From Chrysomallon squamiferum (Eukaryota; Animalia; Mollusca): DNA of 64,000 nt. Position 1 is the first letter of the stretch. Each line of letters begins with the position of its first letter. The DNA is taken from assembly GCA_012295275.1 (NCBI GenBank), contig CM022670.1, forward strand, positions 34,906,001 to 34,970,000, in the 5' to 3' direction. The notes beneath the pieces are model-generated. The model was not told the DNA's origin. It saw only the letters and a list, made by a program, of their open reading frames with translations, and did not search any database. This document shows, in pieces, positions 15,283 through 57,929 of the stretch. A program made the position numbers and the translations under genes.

Positions 15283-16214
15283 ATACAAATAAAATATATT
15301 TAGGGGTTAACTTTATTTTTGAAAAAAATAATAAAAATAAAATAAAATAAAATAGAATAGAATAGAATAGAATAAAATAAAAACATCGTGGTGCACTGCT
15401 TTCAGTGGGAAATGGTAGATATTTCTGTTTTGGTGACAACTATGTAGCATGATTCTAAAACAGAGAATATAAAAATGAGAACGACTGACTTCAAACCACG
15501 TTATTATTAAATTTTGTGAAAATAAAAAATAAAAAAAATAAAAAACAACCTCAAAACTCCCCAAAATAAAAACAACACCAAACCCCACTCATTTCAATAT
15601 TTTAACCGACTTACATCATTTTTAACTGACATTCTGATATGACTGAAGGTGACTGTAACCATTTTCAGTGACGCTGTTGTAAATCAGACAACTTAATGTT
15701 GAAAAGTGCAGTGTTTTTGTTGAATACATACACATTACATTATATTAGTGTTTTTACACATGTGAATACATTTACAACTTAAACTGCAGGTCACATTCAA
15801 GCAGTTTTAGTAGTTCAAGTATGATGCAATTTTACCTTTTAACAAATAAATAAATGTTAAATAGGATATAAATAAGAATAAGTGATGTGGTGTGTATGTA
15901 CGGGACATTAAATATAATAGTTTCTCGTTCCTATTTCACTGATACAGGATTGCTTCAAACATCAGATCTGTTCGTTAGACAGCAGTATTTAAAAACTAAT
16001 TGTGAAAGTGAGGAATAAAAGATTTCAGCCTCACAATATTGAATTGTTAGAATCATACCTATGTACCTGTTTATATTGGAAGTGTGAATAAAATGGTGGT
16101 AATATCTTTTATGTAACAGTATATATATATATATGTATGTATGTATGTATATTTAGATAAACACATTCACATACATACATAGGCATAATACAGAGAGAGA
16201 GAGAGATGGAGAGA

Positions 16215-16302
<88 letters not shown>

Positions 16303-16309
16303 TATTTTA

Positions 16310-17405
<1,096 letters not shown>

Positions 17406-17426
17406 GTATGTATATATATATATATA

Positions 17427-18426
17427 CAGTGGTTCCTTGACTTACGAGTTTAATTCGTTCCGTGACTGAGCTCTAAACTCAATTTGTTCGTTATTTCAAA
17501 TCAGTTTTCCTAAATGAAATTAACTAAAATACCATTAATCCGTTCCCGGCCCCCAAAAATCACCCCAATTTTTTGTAATGTGTTTTCAAATAAGAAAAAT
17601 GTATGTATAAATGATAAATATTGTACAAAAAACAAAAGAAAAGAGAATGTAAAGAAATAAATAGGTTTTGAAAAGTGTACAGGGTTAGGGTTTCTCCATC
17701 TTTTCATGGACAGAGGTTCGCAGCTTAGAAATTATATTAGCGCCTTTGGCTGGAGTTATAGCCTTTATTGACTCCTTCTGCTTCAGTGTGGTATGTGTCG
17801 TGGTACGTGAAATTTGGCAAGATGCTGCACAAAACGCGAGCACAACACACCAGAGATGCTTCCACGGCGAGGTAACCATGTGAAGCAAACGAGTCAGATG
17901 CGGGATGCTGGACGGATGTTGTGTTGTTCGTTGCACCAATTAGCGGCAGCGTATCTGAAGCTAGCTCGTAACTCGGATTTTGGGGTTAGGGTTTCTCCAT
18001 CTTTTCATGGACAGAGGTCCGCAGCTTAGAAGTTATTTTAACGCCTTTGGCTGGAGTTATAGCATTTATTGGCTCATTCTGCTTCAGTTTGGTACATGTC
18101 GTACTGCCTAGATATGTTGACTATACGCACACTTCTCTCATGTTTTTTATGATTTCATGCTTTACTCCAATGGACATCATGCGCTTCTTCTCCTCAGTAC
18201 AGTCCTTTACACTCACTTTCTTAGGATCCATGGAAATTTGGCAAACTACTGCACAAAACGAGAGCACAGCACAACAGTGATATTTCCATGGCAAGCTGGT
18301 AACCACGTGAAGCAAACGAGTGAGACGCGGGATGCTGGGCGGATGATGTGTTGTTCGTTGCGCCAACAAGTGGCGGCCTATCTGAAGCTCGCTCGTAACT
18401 CGGATTCTGGCTCGCAACTCAAAGCA

Positions 18427-18427
<1 letters not shown>
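17427..18427 (-). mobile_element. Defective Tigger/pogo-like DNA transposon with tandemly duplicated transposase N-terminal fragment
   Basis: Starts after a (TA)n run with TIR-like CAGTGGTTCCTTGACTTACGAG. The minus strand from ATG at 18231 encodes MDPKKVSVKDCTEEKKRMMSIGVKHEII, then by frameshift KHERSVRIVNISRQYD, then LKQNEPINAITPAKGVKITSKLRTSVHEKMEK, a CENP-B-type HTH region of Tigger transposases. A second, internally deleted copy lies at about 17685-17982. The second TIR is missing. Confidence 0.85.
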
Positions 18428-18472
<45 letters not shown>

Positions 18473-18520
18473 TATTATTATTATTATTATTTGCTTTGAG
18501 TTGCGAGCCAAAATCCGAGC
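18399..18520. repeat. Foldback inverted repeat (hairpin) at the end of the Tigger fragment
   Basis: CTCGGATTCTGGCTCGCAACTCAAAGCAA(ATA)n is followed by (TAT)nTTGCTTTGAGTTGCGAGCCAAAATCCGAG, its reverse complement with one mismatch. Confidence 0.9.
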
Positions 18521-18536
18521 CAATATATATATATAT

Positions 18537-18631
<95 letters not shown>

Positions 18632-19039
18632 TCCAAAAAACTTAATATATATTAACAAATCTCTTTACTGTAAATCTGTTTTTAATGATAAAAACGATTT
18701 CAGTGGATTTATATGGATGAAATTTAATTAAACACTGAACTTATTTTCGATTACAGAATGTGTCTTTGAAATACTGTCTTGAAGGCTATGGTTTCCTGGA
18801 AGAAATGCAAGATAACATATTTTTGACTGTTTCTGCTGCCATAAGCGCAAATTGTGATAAAGAACGATGACACAACATTTATTAAAATACACTGAAATAA
18901 TTATTACTGTAATATTTTGGTCCGAAAAGACAAACAGCAAAGAAATAAAATAAACAATGACAACAACAAGAACAACAGCAATATTATAATAAAACAAAGA
19001 AGAAGAAGAAATTATCAAAACAACAACAACGGCATCTTC

Positions 19040-19080
<41 letters not shown>

Positions 19081-20290
19081 CAACAACAACAACAACAACA
19101 ATAATATTCGTCATCATCATTACAATAAAATAAATTATTGAATTCTGTTAACTCTTCATTGTAATGACTTTTATACAGATGGTAATTTTGTAGAGTTTAT
19201 ATTTTCATTGTTATAATTACTGGAGAAAAGAAATTTGCGTGATCTACAGACAACAACAACAACAACAGCAACAACAACAATAATAATAATCATAATCATC
19301 ATTACCATCATCATCATAAATAAATAAAAGACATTTTTAATTATAAAATTAATTAAAATATGCATGTAAACATCACGCGCGAGTACAGAAACAACATATA
19401 TTTCGATATCTACTGCAAACATCGATTATTCGAAGCAACAGAAGCTCTTTGACTGCAACGTTTTATTTACACCGAGATTACACATAATCGAAATAGAGGA
19501 AGTCTACTGACCTACTGCGGTGTTTGTCTAGATTACCTACAACATGAGAAAATCCATCCGAGCAGTGGGTTTCAGGATGAGAAAACAAACGTGGGCGTAC
19601 AGAATCAAAACCTAAATATTCTGTGCAGCTCTGTGTTAACATTGTAACGCGTTTTTGTGTATCAGTTCTGTAATAACACTTAGACATGAATCTCGCACAA
19701 TTTTCTAAATAAATGTTTTAAAGTGTTCCTGTTCGATTCCTCGGTATTGACTTATGTCTTTCGATTTCTGTGTACGTGTCACATTTTATCAGTTTATTAA
19801 ACAGTTAAAAGGATATAATATTATTAAATATTTCAGGACCTGACGAAAGCAAACGTAAATTAGGGATCAGTAGTTTACAGATTAGTACTGATAAGAAATT
19901 TTCCGTCGAGTCAAAAACGAATGTAACTCTTCTCATTTTTTTTCCCCAATAATCTGCGTCCCCTATTTTGCAATGACCAGTCATTCATACTGCAGTGAAT
20001 ATGTTGAATACTCTATAACCAGCACACGGGGTACATGTTAAAATTATATATAGCTAGAACATCGGTTGTTTCAAAAGGTGTCGAATTCATAAAATGACCG
20101 TTTAGGACATGTCTCCAGTTTTATCACTTGTGATGTGGACATGAACAGACAAACGTAAAGAAAATATGTAATTATACACCATCATTAAACAGGATAAATT
20201 ATGTTAGTGTAGATGTACGAGAAAAAAAGATAATGACATACATTTGTACATATATATACGTAACCACCTATATACATATACATACGGAAA

Positions 20291-20365
<75 letters not shown>

Positions 20366-21375
20366 AATGTTTGGTTTCAGAAAAAAGTATCGGTTTTAAA
20401 ATTAAAAAAAAAAAAAAAAAAAAAACCATTAATTCTGAAAATTTCATTTGACATCGAATTATGCCAAAATCCCCTATCATAATATAATGAAAAATGTTAT
20501 AGGTTTATAATAAACAAACTGTCGACGCTTATAATGGTTATTAGTGCTTCGGTCGAAAACATCTGAAATCTAAGCCTGTTATATATAGATCTGTGTTGCT
20601 AGAGAATGGAAGGTTTAAGATCCGAGTCACATGTTTTGAGTCATTACATCTGTCACTGCTATCGTATAACAAATATAAAAACAAAAACATATAACAAATA
20701 TAAAAACAAAAATGTATAGCATATATAAAAACAAAAATGTATAGCATATATAAAAACAAAAACTACAACATCGAATACAATCTTTTACGTATTAATTTAT
20801 TTATTTATTATTGATGGTTATCACAGTTTTGTACTGTTAATGAATGATAACTAATCGTTCTACTGAAGAAAGGACTGAATACACTTGACATACTAAAATG
20901 TATAATTTCTTCACATGCCTGTCATATCGCGTATCAAAATGATTTTCATTGCTGTTCTAGGTTCATTCAAATAAATGTTACCAACTGGCGGTTGTTACTG
21001 TCACTCATGAAATTTATTTTACCAAGTCCTTATTGTCAGTGTCATGTAACACCTCAATGAATTTTCAGCACTCATGATAATAAATTAATTCGTTCTTTCT
21101 TTTTTAAATGTGTGCCAAAGAATATAAGTCAGACAGCGAGACCTTTATGAGATCTTTACTAATTTTCCTGCATCTTCATCAGGTTGTGGTCACCTTGTCT
21201 TTTTTTTCTGTCGTCTGCGATGACGTAGGAGATTTAGTTGTTATGGCTCCTTTCAGTAGACCGATGCTCGCCATGTGTGTGCAGTTTGATGGTACCAGAA
21301 ACCTATTTAACTTAAAGTTATTTCTGTATGTAAAATATCAGTGTGTACATTTTCACACGATTAATACTACTGTGT

Positions 21376-21483
<108 letters not shown>

Positions 21484-21529
21484 AACAGAGACAAACAGAG
21501 AGAGAGACAGAGAGAAAGAGAGAGAGACA

Positions 21530-21582
<53 letters not shown>

Positions 21583-22139
21583 CTGTCTATAACTTGATAT
21601 ACGTGTCTGTGTAAATGTTCTAATAATCAGCGGGCAGAGACATCTGTGAACACGTGCAATTAATACACTTAGTCTGAACCCATAAATATGCGCATAGGAC
21701 ACTTTCAGTTTTGTTTCGAATTTATGTATCCATATCGATTTAGTGTCAAGCTTATATCAGGAACCATTGTAATCTTTCATCTTAGATTCCTCAGTGTTAA
21801 CATCACCGTGAAAACAGTTTAACCAAGGCTGTTCGGATAATACGTGATTACAGTCGGTGCCTTTATGAGTAAAAATTGACTCACAAGCAGTGTGCATAAA
21901 TCCGATATTTTATTAGTACAGGACTACCAAGACCTGAAATAAAGATATAATTATAATGTTACAAAAAAAAAAAAAAAAAAAAAAAAAATGGTTTCAAAGC
22001 CATAAGTTATTATTTTTTCTTTTCAGTCATTGGCTAATAGATGGTAGTGCTTTCCAATTGACCAGTCTTATTTAATAGCTCAAGCATGCAGCTTAGTTAG
22101 TCACTCTTCAGAGTTGGACACGGATTCTTGTTTAATTCC

Positions 22140-22357
22140 TTCCAGCGGCTTCTGCAGTTTGTGAACGTGACGTCTGTTAAACCCGGACCCACCCAAGGGG
22201 CACCCGGCAAAGTCTCACTCAGTGACAGGCGGGTTCAGTGAAACGTCTTCAGTTTCCTCTTCCAGTCACTCACTCAACGTGACAGAAACACGTGCACGGA
22301 CTTTTGCCAGAGGAACTAAGAAACTTCTTTTTATTTCCAGGCCGTCTTTTGGTTAAG
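22140..22357 (+). promoter_or_regulatory. Candidate promoter / non-coding first exon of SLC26 paralog B
   Basis: GC-richer island with CRE-like TGACGTCT, E-box CACGTG and Inr-like TCAGTT, ending in donor AAG|GTAAC at 22357. A strong acceptor TTTTCAG at 23483 precedes the ATG exon. Confidence 0.4.
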
Positions 22358-22545
22358 GTAACGTTGATGTTTATTGAGATTGTCGTAACAGTTTGAATGT
22401 TTAAATACTTTTATGTTAAAAAATTATTGCGCTTATAGTTATCGTTATTTATTAATGCGAAAAATGTAATAGTTGCTTTTTAAAAATATTTTTGTTATTA
22501 TTATTTATTTATTATGTTACTTTTTCTTTTTTTCTTTTATTATTT

Positions 22546-22576
<31 letters not shown>

Positions 22577-22657
22577 GGTTATTATTATGATTATGTATTA
22601 CTATTATTATTATTTTTTTGCTGTTGTATACACACATAGATATTATTATTATTATCA

Positions 22658-22688
<31 letters not shown>

Positions 22689-23722
22689 CATTGTTATTAT
22701 AGAATGATGAGCGAAATTGTTTCAAATCTCGTTTTGATTCCAATACATTTTATAAGGCATACAAAAATGTCAGAAATTATTGTTTGGACAATAAGTTACG
22801 ACAATATTTCAAATTATCTTTAATATTAATTTCAACTCTTATGACAATTATAACATTTATCAATGACATTCACAAAAGAATTCATATGAAAACAAAAAAA
22901 TTATATATTTACTTACAGTCAAATTAGTGACTCGTGGTTTTATGTACCAGAATATTTCTTTTACCTTTATTGGTCAAATTCCGTTGTGATATTTAATCGG
23001 AAGAATTAGATGCATGATTTTTTACATTTTCAAATATTTGCTGGAGGTCTAAACAGTATGAATACAGTGAACGTTTATATATATTTCTGTGTGTATATAT
23101 ATATATCTATGTTTGTGGATTTTTGTGTTTCTATAAGTGTGAGTGTTTGGTTTATCTTTGGTGGCTTTTCTGTATTGTGAGTTGGTAAGGAAATTCTAAA
23201 TTAATGTTAATCTTATTAAAATATAGAAACTTATTCGATACGGCTATTTATGTCATACACCATAAATTATTAAATGAAATTTAGTTTTTTATTTATTTAT
23301 TTATCTTTTTTTTTTTATTAACTTATTGTTTTATTTATCCGTGTTTATATGTATATAATATGTGTGTTTGTGTGTTTTTCTGTGTGTGTGTGCATGGTTC
23401 TCTGTGTGTTTGTGTGTGTATGTATGTGTGTATGCGTGCATAAATATTCATTTATTTATTTTGCTGTGTTTGTTTATTTTCAGATCCAGCTGGATTTAAG
23501 CTGTTGATAACAATTAATAATTCCACATATCAAATGCTGGGAAATCCAAGGAATTTAGTTCTGTTACTCTATCAGTGTTTTACGAATAACGCGTCTTGAA
23601 ATAAAAGAGAAAAAAAAAACACCCCAAAACGACGACAACAAAAAAAAAAAAAACAAGAACAAGTAAACAAAACCCAACTGCTTCAAAACGAAATAACTTT
23701 TTAATTCTGTGATTTTGAAACA

Positions 23723-37065
<13,343 letters not shown>

Positions 37066-37083
<18 letters not shown>

Positions 37084-37171
37084 AACATCTGTGAAATCGA
37101 GACAGTCTACCATTATAAACAACTGTGAAATCGAGACAGTCTACCTTTAAAAACAACTGTGAAATCGAGAC
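37066..37171 (+). repeat. 3 x ~34-bp tandem repeat overlapping the stop codon of paralog B
   Basis: GACAATCTACCATTATAAAACATCTGTGAAATCGA / GACAGTCTACCATTATAAACAACTGTGAAATCGA / GACAGTCTACCTTTAAAAACAACTGTGAAATCGA. Confidence 0.9.
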
Positions 37172-37818
37172 TAATTTTTTTTTTTTTATAATTTTCTGTT
37201 GTTGTTGTTTTGTTTTGTTTTTTTTTGTTGTTGTTGTTTTTTTTTTTTTTAAATTTTAAAATTAATTATTATTCATTTAAAAAAAAAAAAAAAAAAAAAA
37301 AAATGTAATTTTATTCGGAAACCAGCGATTTTTGTTTCGTTTCGTTTCCTTTCTGTTTTCGTATTTTAATGTTTCGGGATCTATTATTTAAAAGATTTCG
37401 TTTTTGGATCTATGAAAGAAAGCACTGGTTTTTGCTGATTTATTGGTAGGAATAGTTTAGCTTATAACTAAATCAGTTTTTTTTTTTTCCGATTCTTTTT
37501 TTTTTTTTTTTTTTTGTGTGATTTTTCTTCTTTTCTTTCTAATTCGTACAGACATTGTACGCCGACATTTTTTTCTGTAAGAATCAGCGATTCTAGAAAT
37601 GGAATAGGACCGACATGAAATACTTCATGTTTTTCTAAAGATATGGTTATTATTATTTTTTTTCAAAGAAAAACGGGTCTGAAATATTATTCATTTTGTC
37701 AAATATTTTGTATGTTAATGATATGAATAATTATTTTGCATATTTTTACATTTTGTACTAAAACATTTTATATACGGAAATTATCTCAGTCATGAATTCT
37801 TGAGTATATATATATACA

Positions 37819-37864
<46 letters not shown>

Positions 37865-39859
37865 AAACTGAATTAAGGTATTCTAGAATATTTTAACACT
37901 AAAATATTAAATGACATTGTTAACATATAGAGGTGTATTATATTCAAATGTATTTGTTCAGATTCTTGTTTTCTGTAATCTATATTTTCCTATTGATTAA
38001 ACAGTGTATCTACCTCGGAAATGCATCATGTTTTGTTCAAAATAATTATAGGTGTAATATTGTTCAACATGCAGAATCCCATACCAAAAATAACATTCGA
38101 TTAAAACAAGTATTCAAAAATATACATCTTTTATAATTCTGTTGGTGAATACTTAGCAATTAGGCAGAAATGTTTTTTGTTTTCCATTTTTTTTTTTTTT
38201 TATATGTATAAATTGTCAATTTACATTAGAAGATATTATTTAAAAAAGAAAATTAGAAAGAAAGAAAAATAAATCTCTTAGAAAATCACATCATGGTGCT
38301 AAAATTAGAAAAAAATAAAAAAAAATATAACAATAGTATTAAATAATAAAGATCAAAAAGTTCAGTAACGGTGAAATAAGAAAATAAATTAAAATAAATC
38401 GATCTTTCATCTCGGTAATAAATCTTGTCTAAGGCACGCACGATCGCCAATAAAGACATAAACAGACAGAATTAAAGTAATGAAAGCGTATAATCTGCAA
38501 GAGCTTTCTGCACTCTTTGATTGCTCTAGACTCGTAATTTGTGCAAAGAATATAATAACACGGTTATGTGGTTAAACTGAAACGCAAAGACGTTATATTG
38601 TTAAAAGCGTAGGTAACAATGTGGACAATAACAAAAAGGATAGAAAAAAAAATGGAAATAATTATCACTTCTTAATCAAGGAGGAGATGTATTTGTTTAT
38701 TTCACTATATGTGTACTTAAAATAAATAAATAAAAAGATAAATAAATAAATAAATAGATAAATAAATAAATAAATATAAATAAATGATTGAATGAATGAA
38801 TGAATGAATAAATAATTAAGTAAATATAAATAAATATAAATATATGAATAAATAAATATATAAATAAATAACTAACTAATTAAATAAATATAAATAAATA
38901 TAAATAAATATAAATATATATAAATATATGAATAAATAAATAAATAAATAAATAAATAATAAAATTCCAATGTCATAAGGGCATCTAAAATAATGACCCG
39001 TATTTCCAGGCACATATAATTATTTCGGATTGTATTAAATAGAAAGATTATCTTAAATTTGCCGAAAAATAATAATAATAAATAATAAAATAAAAAATAA
39101 AAAATTAAAAAATTATAAAAATTATAAACATATATAAATATATAAACATATACATATACATATACATACATACATACATATATAAATAAAGATTTACAAG
39201 ATTAAAATTTAGAATTTCGCTGTCCAGAAATGAATATCTTCTTAAAATAAATGTAAACATATTCATTAACAATCGTAAGTACTATTTTTTTTTTTTTTAA
39301 ATTGATTGCCAGTATATATTTTATAACTGAAAAATGGAAGAAATGAATCCAAAATAAATTTGTGAATAAAACAAAATAATAATAATAATAATAAATCAGG
39401 GGAAAAGATTAAGGTTCATCTTTGGTGTATTATACAGTTTATTGTTCGCTAACACAGATACGAAACGACGACTTCTCCGGCAAAACATAGGTCCGGAATA
39501 GTCCGGGTTTTTAATTTTTTTTTTTATTTTTTTTTTTTTTTCTGTATTCTTGAAATATAAAATAAACAATAACATATAAAGAACGAAAATATATTTAACA
39601 AAACACACATTAATACACTTTTAGAAACCGGATAAATAGTCTGGTATCTATAATAAAATAGGACACTAAAATAACCAGTATCATTTCCCCGGGGAACTTA
39701 ATAATTAGTCATACTTTATTGTTAGAAAAGATTAGTGTGATGTTACAAATAATAAAAAAAAAAAAATAATCACACAGAAGAATACAATAATGTATTTAGA
39801 CTGGGTTTTAAAAAAAATTTTTTTAATTTTTAAAATTTTAAAATTTTAATTTTTTGTTT

Positions 39860-54162
<14,303 letters not shown>

Positions 54163-54310
54163 TTCACATCCTGCGTACCAGTAATCAGAATAACGGATTA
54201 ATTAGTAAAACGACCATATTACTATTACTATTATTATTATTATTGTTGTTGTTATTGTTGTTGTTGTTGTTGTTGTTATGGTTATTAATATTATTATTGT
54301 TATTATTATT

Positions 54311-54342
<32 letters not shown>

Positions 54343-55237
54343 GGTGGTGGTTTTTTCTGCTTCTTGTTCTTTTTCTATTATTATCATTATTGTTATTGTT
54401 GTTGTTATTGTTATGGTTATTAATATTATTATTGTTGTTCATTTTATTATTATTATTATTATTAATATCATCATCATCATCATTATTAATATTATTTTAT
54501 TATTATTATCATCATCATCATCATCATCATCATTTACAAAGCTCGAATATTTTATGAATTTATTATAGAACGCACAGTATCAAAATATATGTGTGTGTGC
54601 GTGTGCGTGTGCGTATGTATGGTTCTAATAAAAAAAAAAAAAAAAAATTCATTTTTGGAGTATTTAACTTCAAAATTTTCTAATTTATATTAAAATTTAT
54701 ATTCGGTATAAAAACCAAACAATATGATGTACGTTTTATATGAAAATGAACAGAAAGAAGCACCTGAACTAACAAGGTCCAACACTGCAGCTAGAATATT
54801 TGTGTAAATACGAAATTATTTTGTTTAACACAGTGCATTTTATTTGGAACGGCGTTTGTGCGTATGTGCGTATGTGCGTATAAATGTGTTTCTAGAGGCT
54901 GTAAGTGAGAAGAATTTCAGAAGAATCTATTTTTTTTTTTTTTTTTTTTTAATCTTTGATATTTAAACGTCTGGTTTCATGAAAAGCAGACGGAAGTGCA
55001 TTAGTATCAGTCAGAATCAGTTGTATTCGCTCCATTAAGCAAGTTTATTACACCTAAAATAAAAAGTTCTTTCTGCAGTGAAATGGTGTGTTTTATCGCT
55101 TCCAGTAAAAAAAAATTAAAAAGCTGTGTATTTTTGCCTTATTTCATTTTAACAAAAATAAGAATTAAAAAATATTAAAATTTAAATTTAAAAAAAAAAT
55201 AATTATCTTGATTTTATATATAATAACAAACAAGATA

Positions 55238-55312
<75 letters not shown>

Positions 55313-55798
55313 GTCGTTGTTGTTGTTGCTGCTGCTGTTATTATGTAATGTGAATATGTACAGCAGAATGTAAGTCCTAAAAGTGTTAAAATATTTATAC
55401 TAACGAACAAATGGAGGTATAGAAGAAATGAAAAAAGAGCAAATTTATACAAAAACAATTGTTGCTTGGATGTCATATAAAGCGTCATTGTAAAATAAAA
55501 CAATAAAAAGAAATCGAAATGAAGACAATAAGAAAATATGAACAAGGGAAAGATTAAAATAACAATAATAAAAAAAAAAAAAAACCAAAGGAAAGAAAGA
55601 AAGAAAGAAAGAAAAAAATGAAAAGAAAGAAAAATGGAAAAGGAAAAAATAAGGAAGAAAGAAAAAAGAAGAAGAAAAGAAAAATTGAACTGTTTATACG
55701 AAAGACAATTTTAACCAAGGATTTGTAGTGGATACATTACGAAGATTCGACAGTGATGATTAAAAAACACTGGTATTCATTTAAAAAAAAAAACTTAC

Positions 55799-56230
55799 CC
55801 GTAACAGAAATAAAGAACCAGTTCCAACTATCTACCCACGACGACTTCAGAAAATGATGTGTGATGTTTTAGCTTCGACTGGTGAACAAATCAGTTTGCA
55901 AACCAAGCGCAGGATGGCGCTGGGAATTTTGAAATCGATCTCTGTCTCATTGTTTATGTCAAAAAAAAACAAAAAAAAATCGACTGTGTTCTTTCTTTTA
56001 ATTTATTTAACAGCGAGTGGAGGAATCTGCTGCTTTTCAGCTAATGAAAGACGTGGAAAACTAAGTTCTGTTCCGTTAGAAGTATATTTTTGTCAAACAA
56101 AGGACAAAACACAGGACAGAAATGATGACGCCATCTGCCGCAAAATGATCTTTTGATAAGAAAATGTCCGGTAACCGTTGACAACAGAACGTAGCGCTTT
56201 GTCAAAGTGGTCGGTTTCCCGTGCAAAAAA
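55799..56230 (-). promoter_or_regulatory. Probable non-coding first exon and promoter of the ShKT-CCP gene
   Basis: Strong minus-strand donor CGG|GTAAGT at 55799. Local GC/CpG is elevated, with YY1-like CGCCATC motifs near 55913-55919 and 56129-56135. No in-frame ATG links to the next exon. The 5' boundary is not determinable. Confidence 0.5.
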
Positions 56231-57929
56231 AAATAAAAAATAAAAATAAATATCAAATGATGAAACCCGACTAATACATGCTTTATCATCATTGTTATTA
56301 TTTTATCTTAAATTCATTCACTAAGGTAAATAATTAATTTTGTTCGTAGAATGAAAAAAGTAGAGGATTACACGCAGATATGAAAGCCATTAAAAAATGT
56401 TTTTTTTGAAGAAGAAGAAGAAGAAAAAAAACAATAACTGGTTCGATATATCCTCATTTTTCCGTGCATTTAAGTGTTAATACTGAATAGACTGAAAGTT
56501 CACACAAGTGTACACGCGTATATTAGATGCAAATTGATGGTGTTGCATTTGTTTTGCAATTGTTAATTTAAGAAATATTATCCGGAACAGGTCGTTTGAC
56601 CTTTCAGACACTAAGTGGAATATTTTTGAAACTTTAAAAGTTGAACGAGATTTTCCTTCGATTAAAGTTATAAATTTTCTTTTTACTTTTATCTTTATAT
56701 ATTTATTATTATTAATTTTTTTTTTTTAAATTTTGATCTTGATTCCATGATTCGAAATTCACTGAAAAATATTATTAAATTGTTTTCTTGCATTTCTGTT
56801 TTTTAATCATCTTTTCAATTTCTTTTTCGTGCTAGTGTATCAAATGATAAACAGCGCACAGTATATATGAATGTTTTCTTTTTTTCTTTTGTTACCATTT
56901 TGATCTGATTTCGTATTCATTTGCTCCTTTTAATAAAACCTCAGATATTTTTATTTTATATTCATTGTATTTTAATATGATTTAATACCTTATAATAAAT
57001 ATTAGTGATGCTTGTTGAAAGTCTGCTTTCAGTGTTACTACAAGTTAACCTTCAAAATATAGTTATTGTTACTGGATTAATGTATTTTTTTCTTTTGTTG
57101 TTCTTGTAAGGTATTTTTATGTGGTGTCTAAGTGCATAAGTAAAATGCCGATTGCTTTACAAGAAAGTGCGTTGGCAAAATAATTTAATTCAATTTTGCA
57201 GCAAAAAGAAAAGTGTAAAGATTTTTTATGTTTTTTTTTTTTTTTTTTTTTTTGGGGGTGGGGGTTTCGGGGGTTTTGTTTTACCTTTTTTTAAATTTTA
57301 TATGTAGCAATTTTTTAAAATTTGCTGGCAAATATATGATATACTGTAACTGTTTATATATGATAACGTACAATAGTTTAATTTTTTGTACTTTAGAAAC
57401 ATTTAAATTTTATAATTGTATTATAAATATCAGTCACATAATTCATTATCATCGTTTTCCCTTTTGATACCAGCAACTTAAAGTCTTTTTTTTCAGATGC
57501 AGCACCATCCTCACAGATTTCACGTGCTGCTCTTTCTTGCAAGTCATCACTAACGTACCAAAATATGAATTCACACATTGGCGAACATCAAATAAAATCT
57601 GAAATCCAGACAAGCGAGGCGTCGACAAGTACAATGATGCTGTTCAGTACATACACACCCACGTGCATACACACACGTTAAATGTTCGCTAAACAACTTC
57701 CTGGCTGATATTTAATGCCGATTTTAAATCTATTAGGGCATCGATTGGCGAACTGAACAGTGACTTTGGTTTCGGTAACAACAAAGGATCTGTTGATGCT
57801 CTTGTGACTCGACGTCTGCCAGTACAATAAGCAGCAGACCTTGAATTTCCTGTGAAGTGAGCGTGTATGTTAGTGAGGCAGTGATGATTACAAACTGATG
57901 ACAGCTTTGTAATCCGCTGATGATCGTTT

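Noticed and set aside
17681-17992. GGGTTAGGG at both Tigger truncation points as telomere healing
   Set aside because: It is only about 1.5 repeat units and identical in both copies, so it is better explained as one ancestral internal-deletion junction that was later duplicated.
19440-19925. Possible further SLC26 relic exons (14-16) or other exons
   Set aside because: Short open frames and an AG..GT pair (about 19838-19922) exist, but I see no similarity to paralog A or B.
21108-21305. GC-richer segment as a coding exon (either strand)
   Set aside because: No recognisable homology. The plus ORF runs into (GA)n and the minus frames contain stops.
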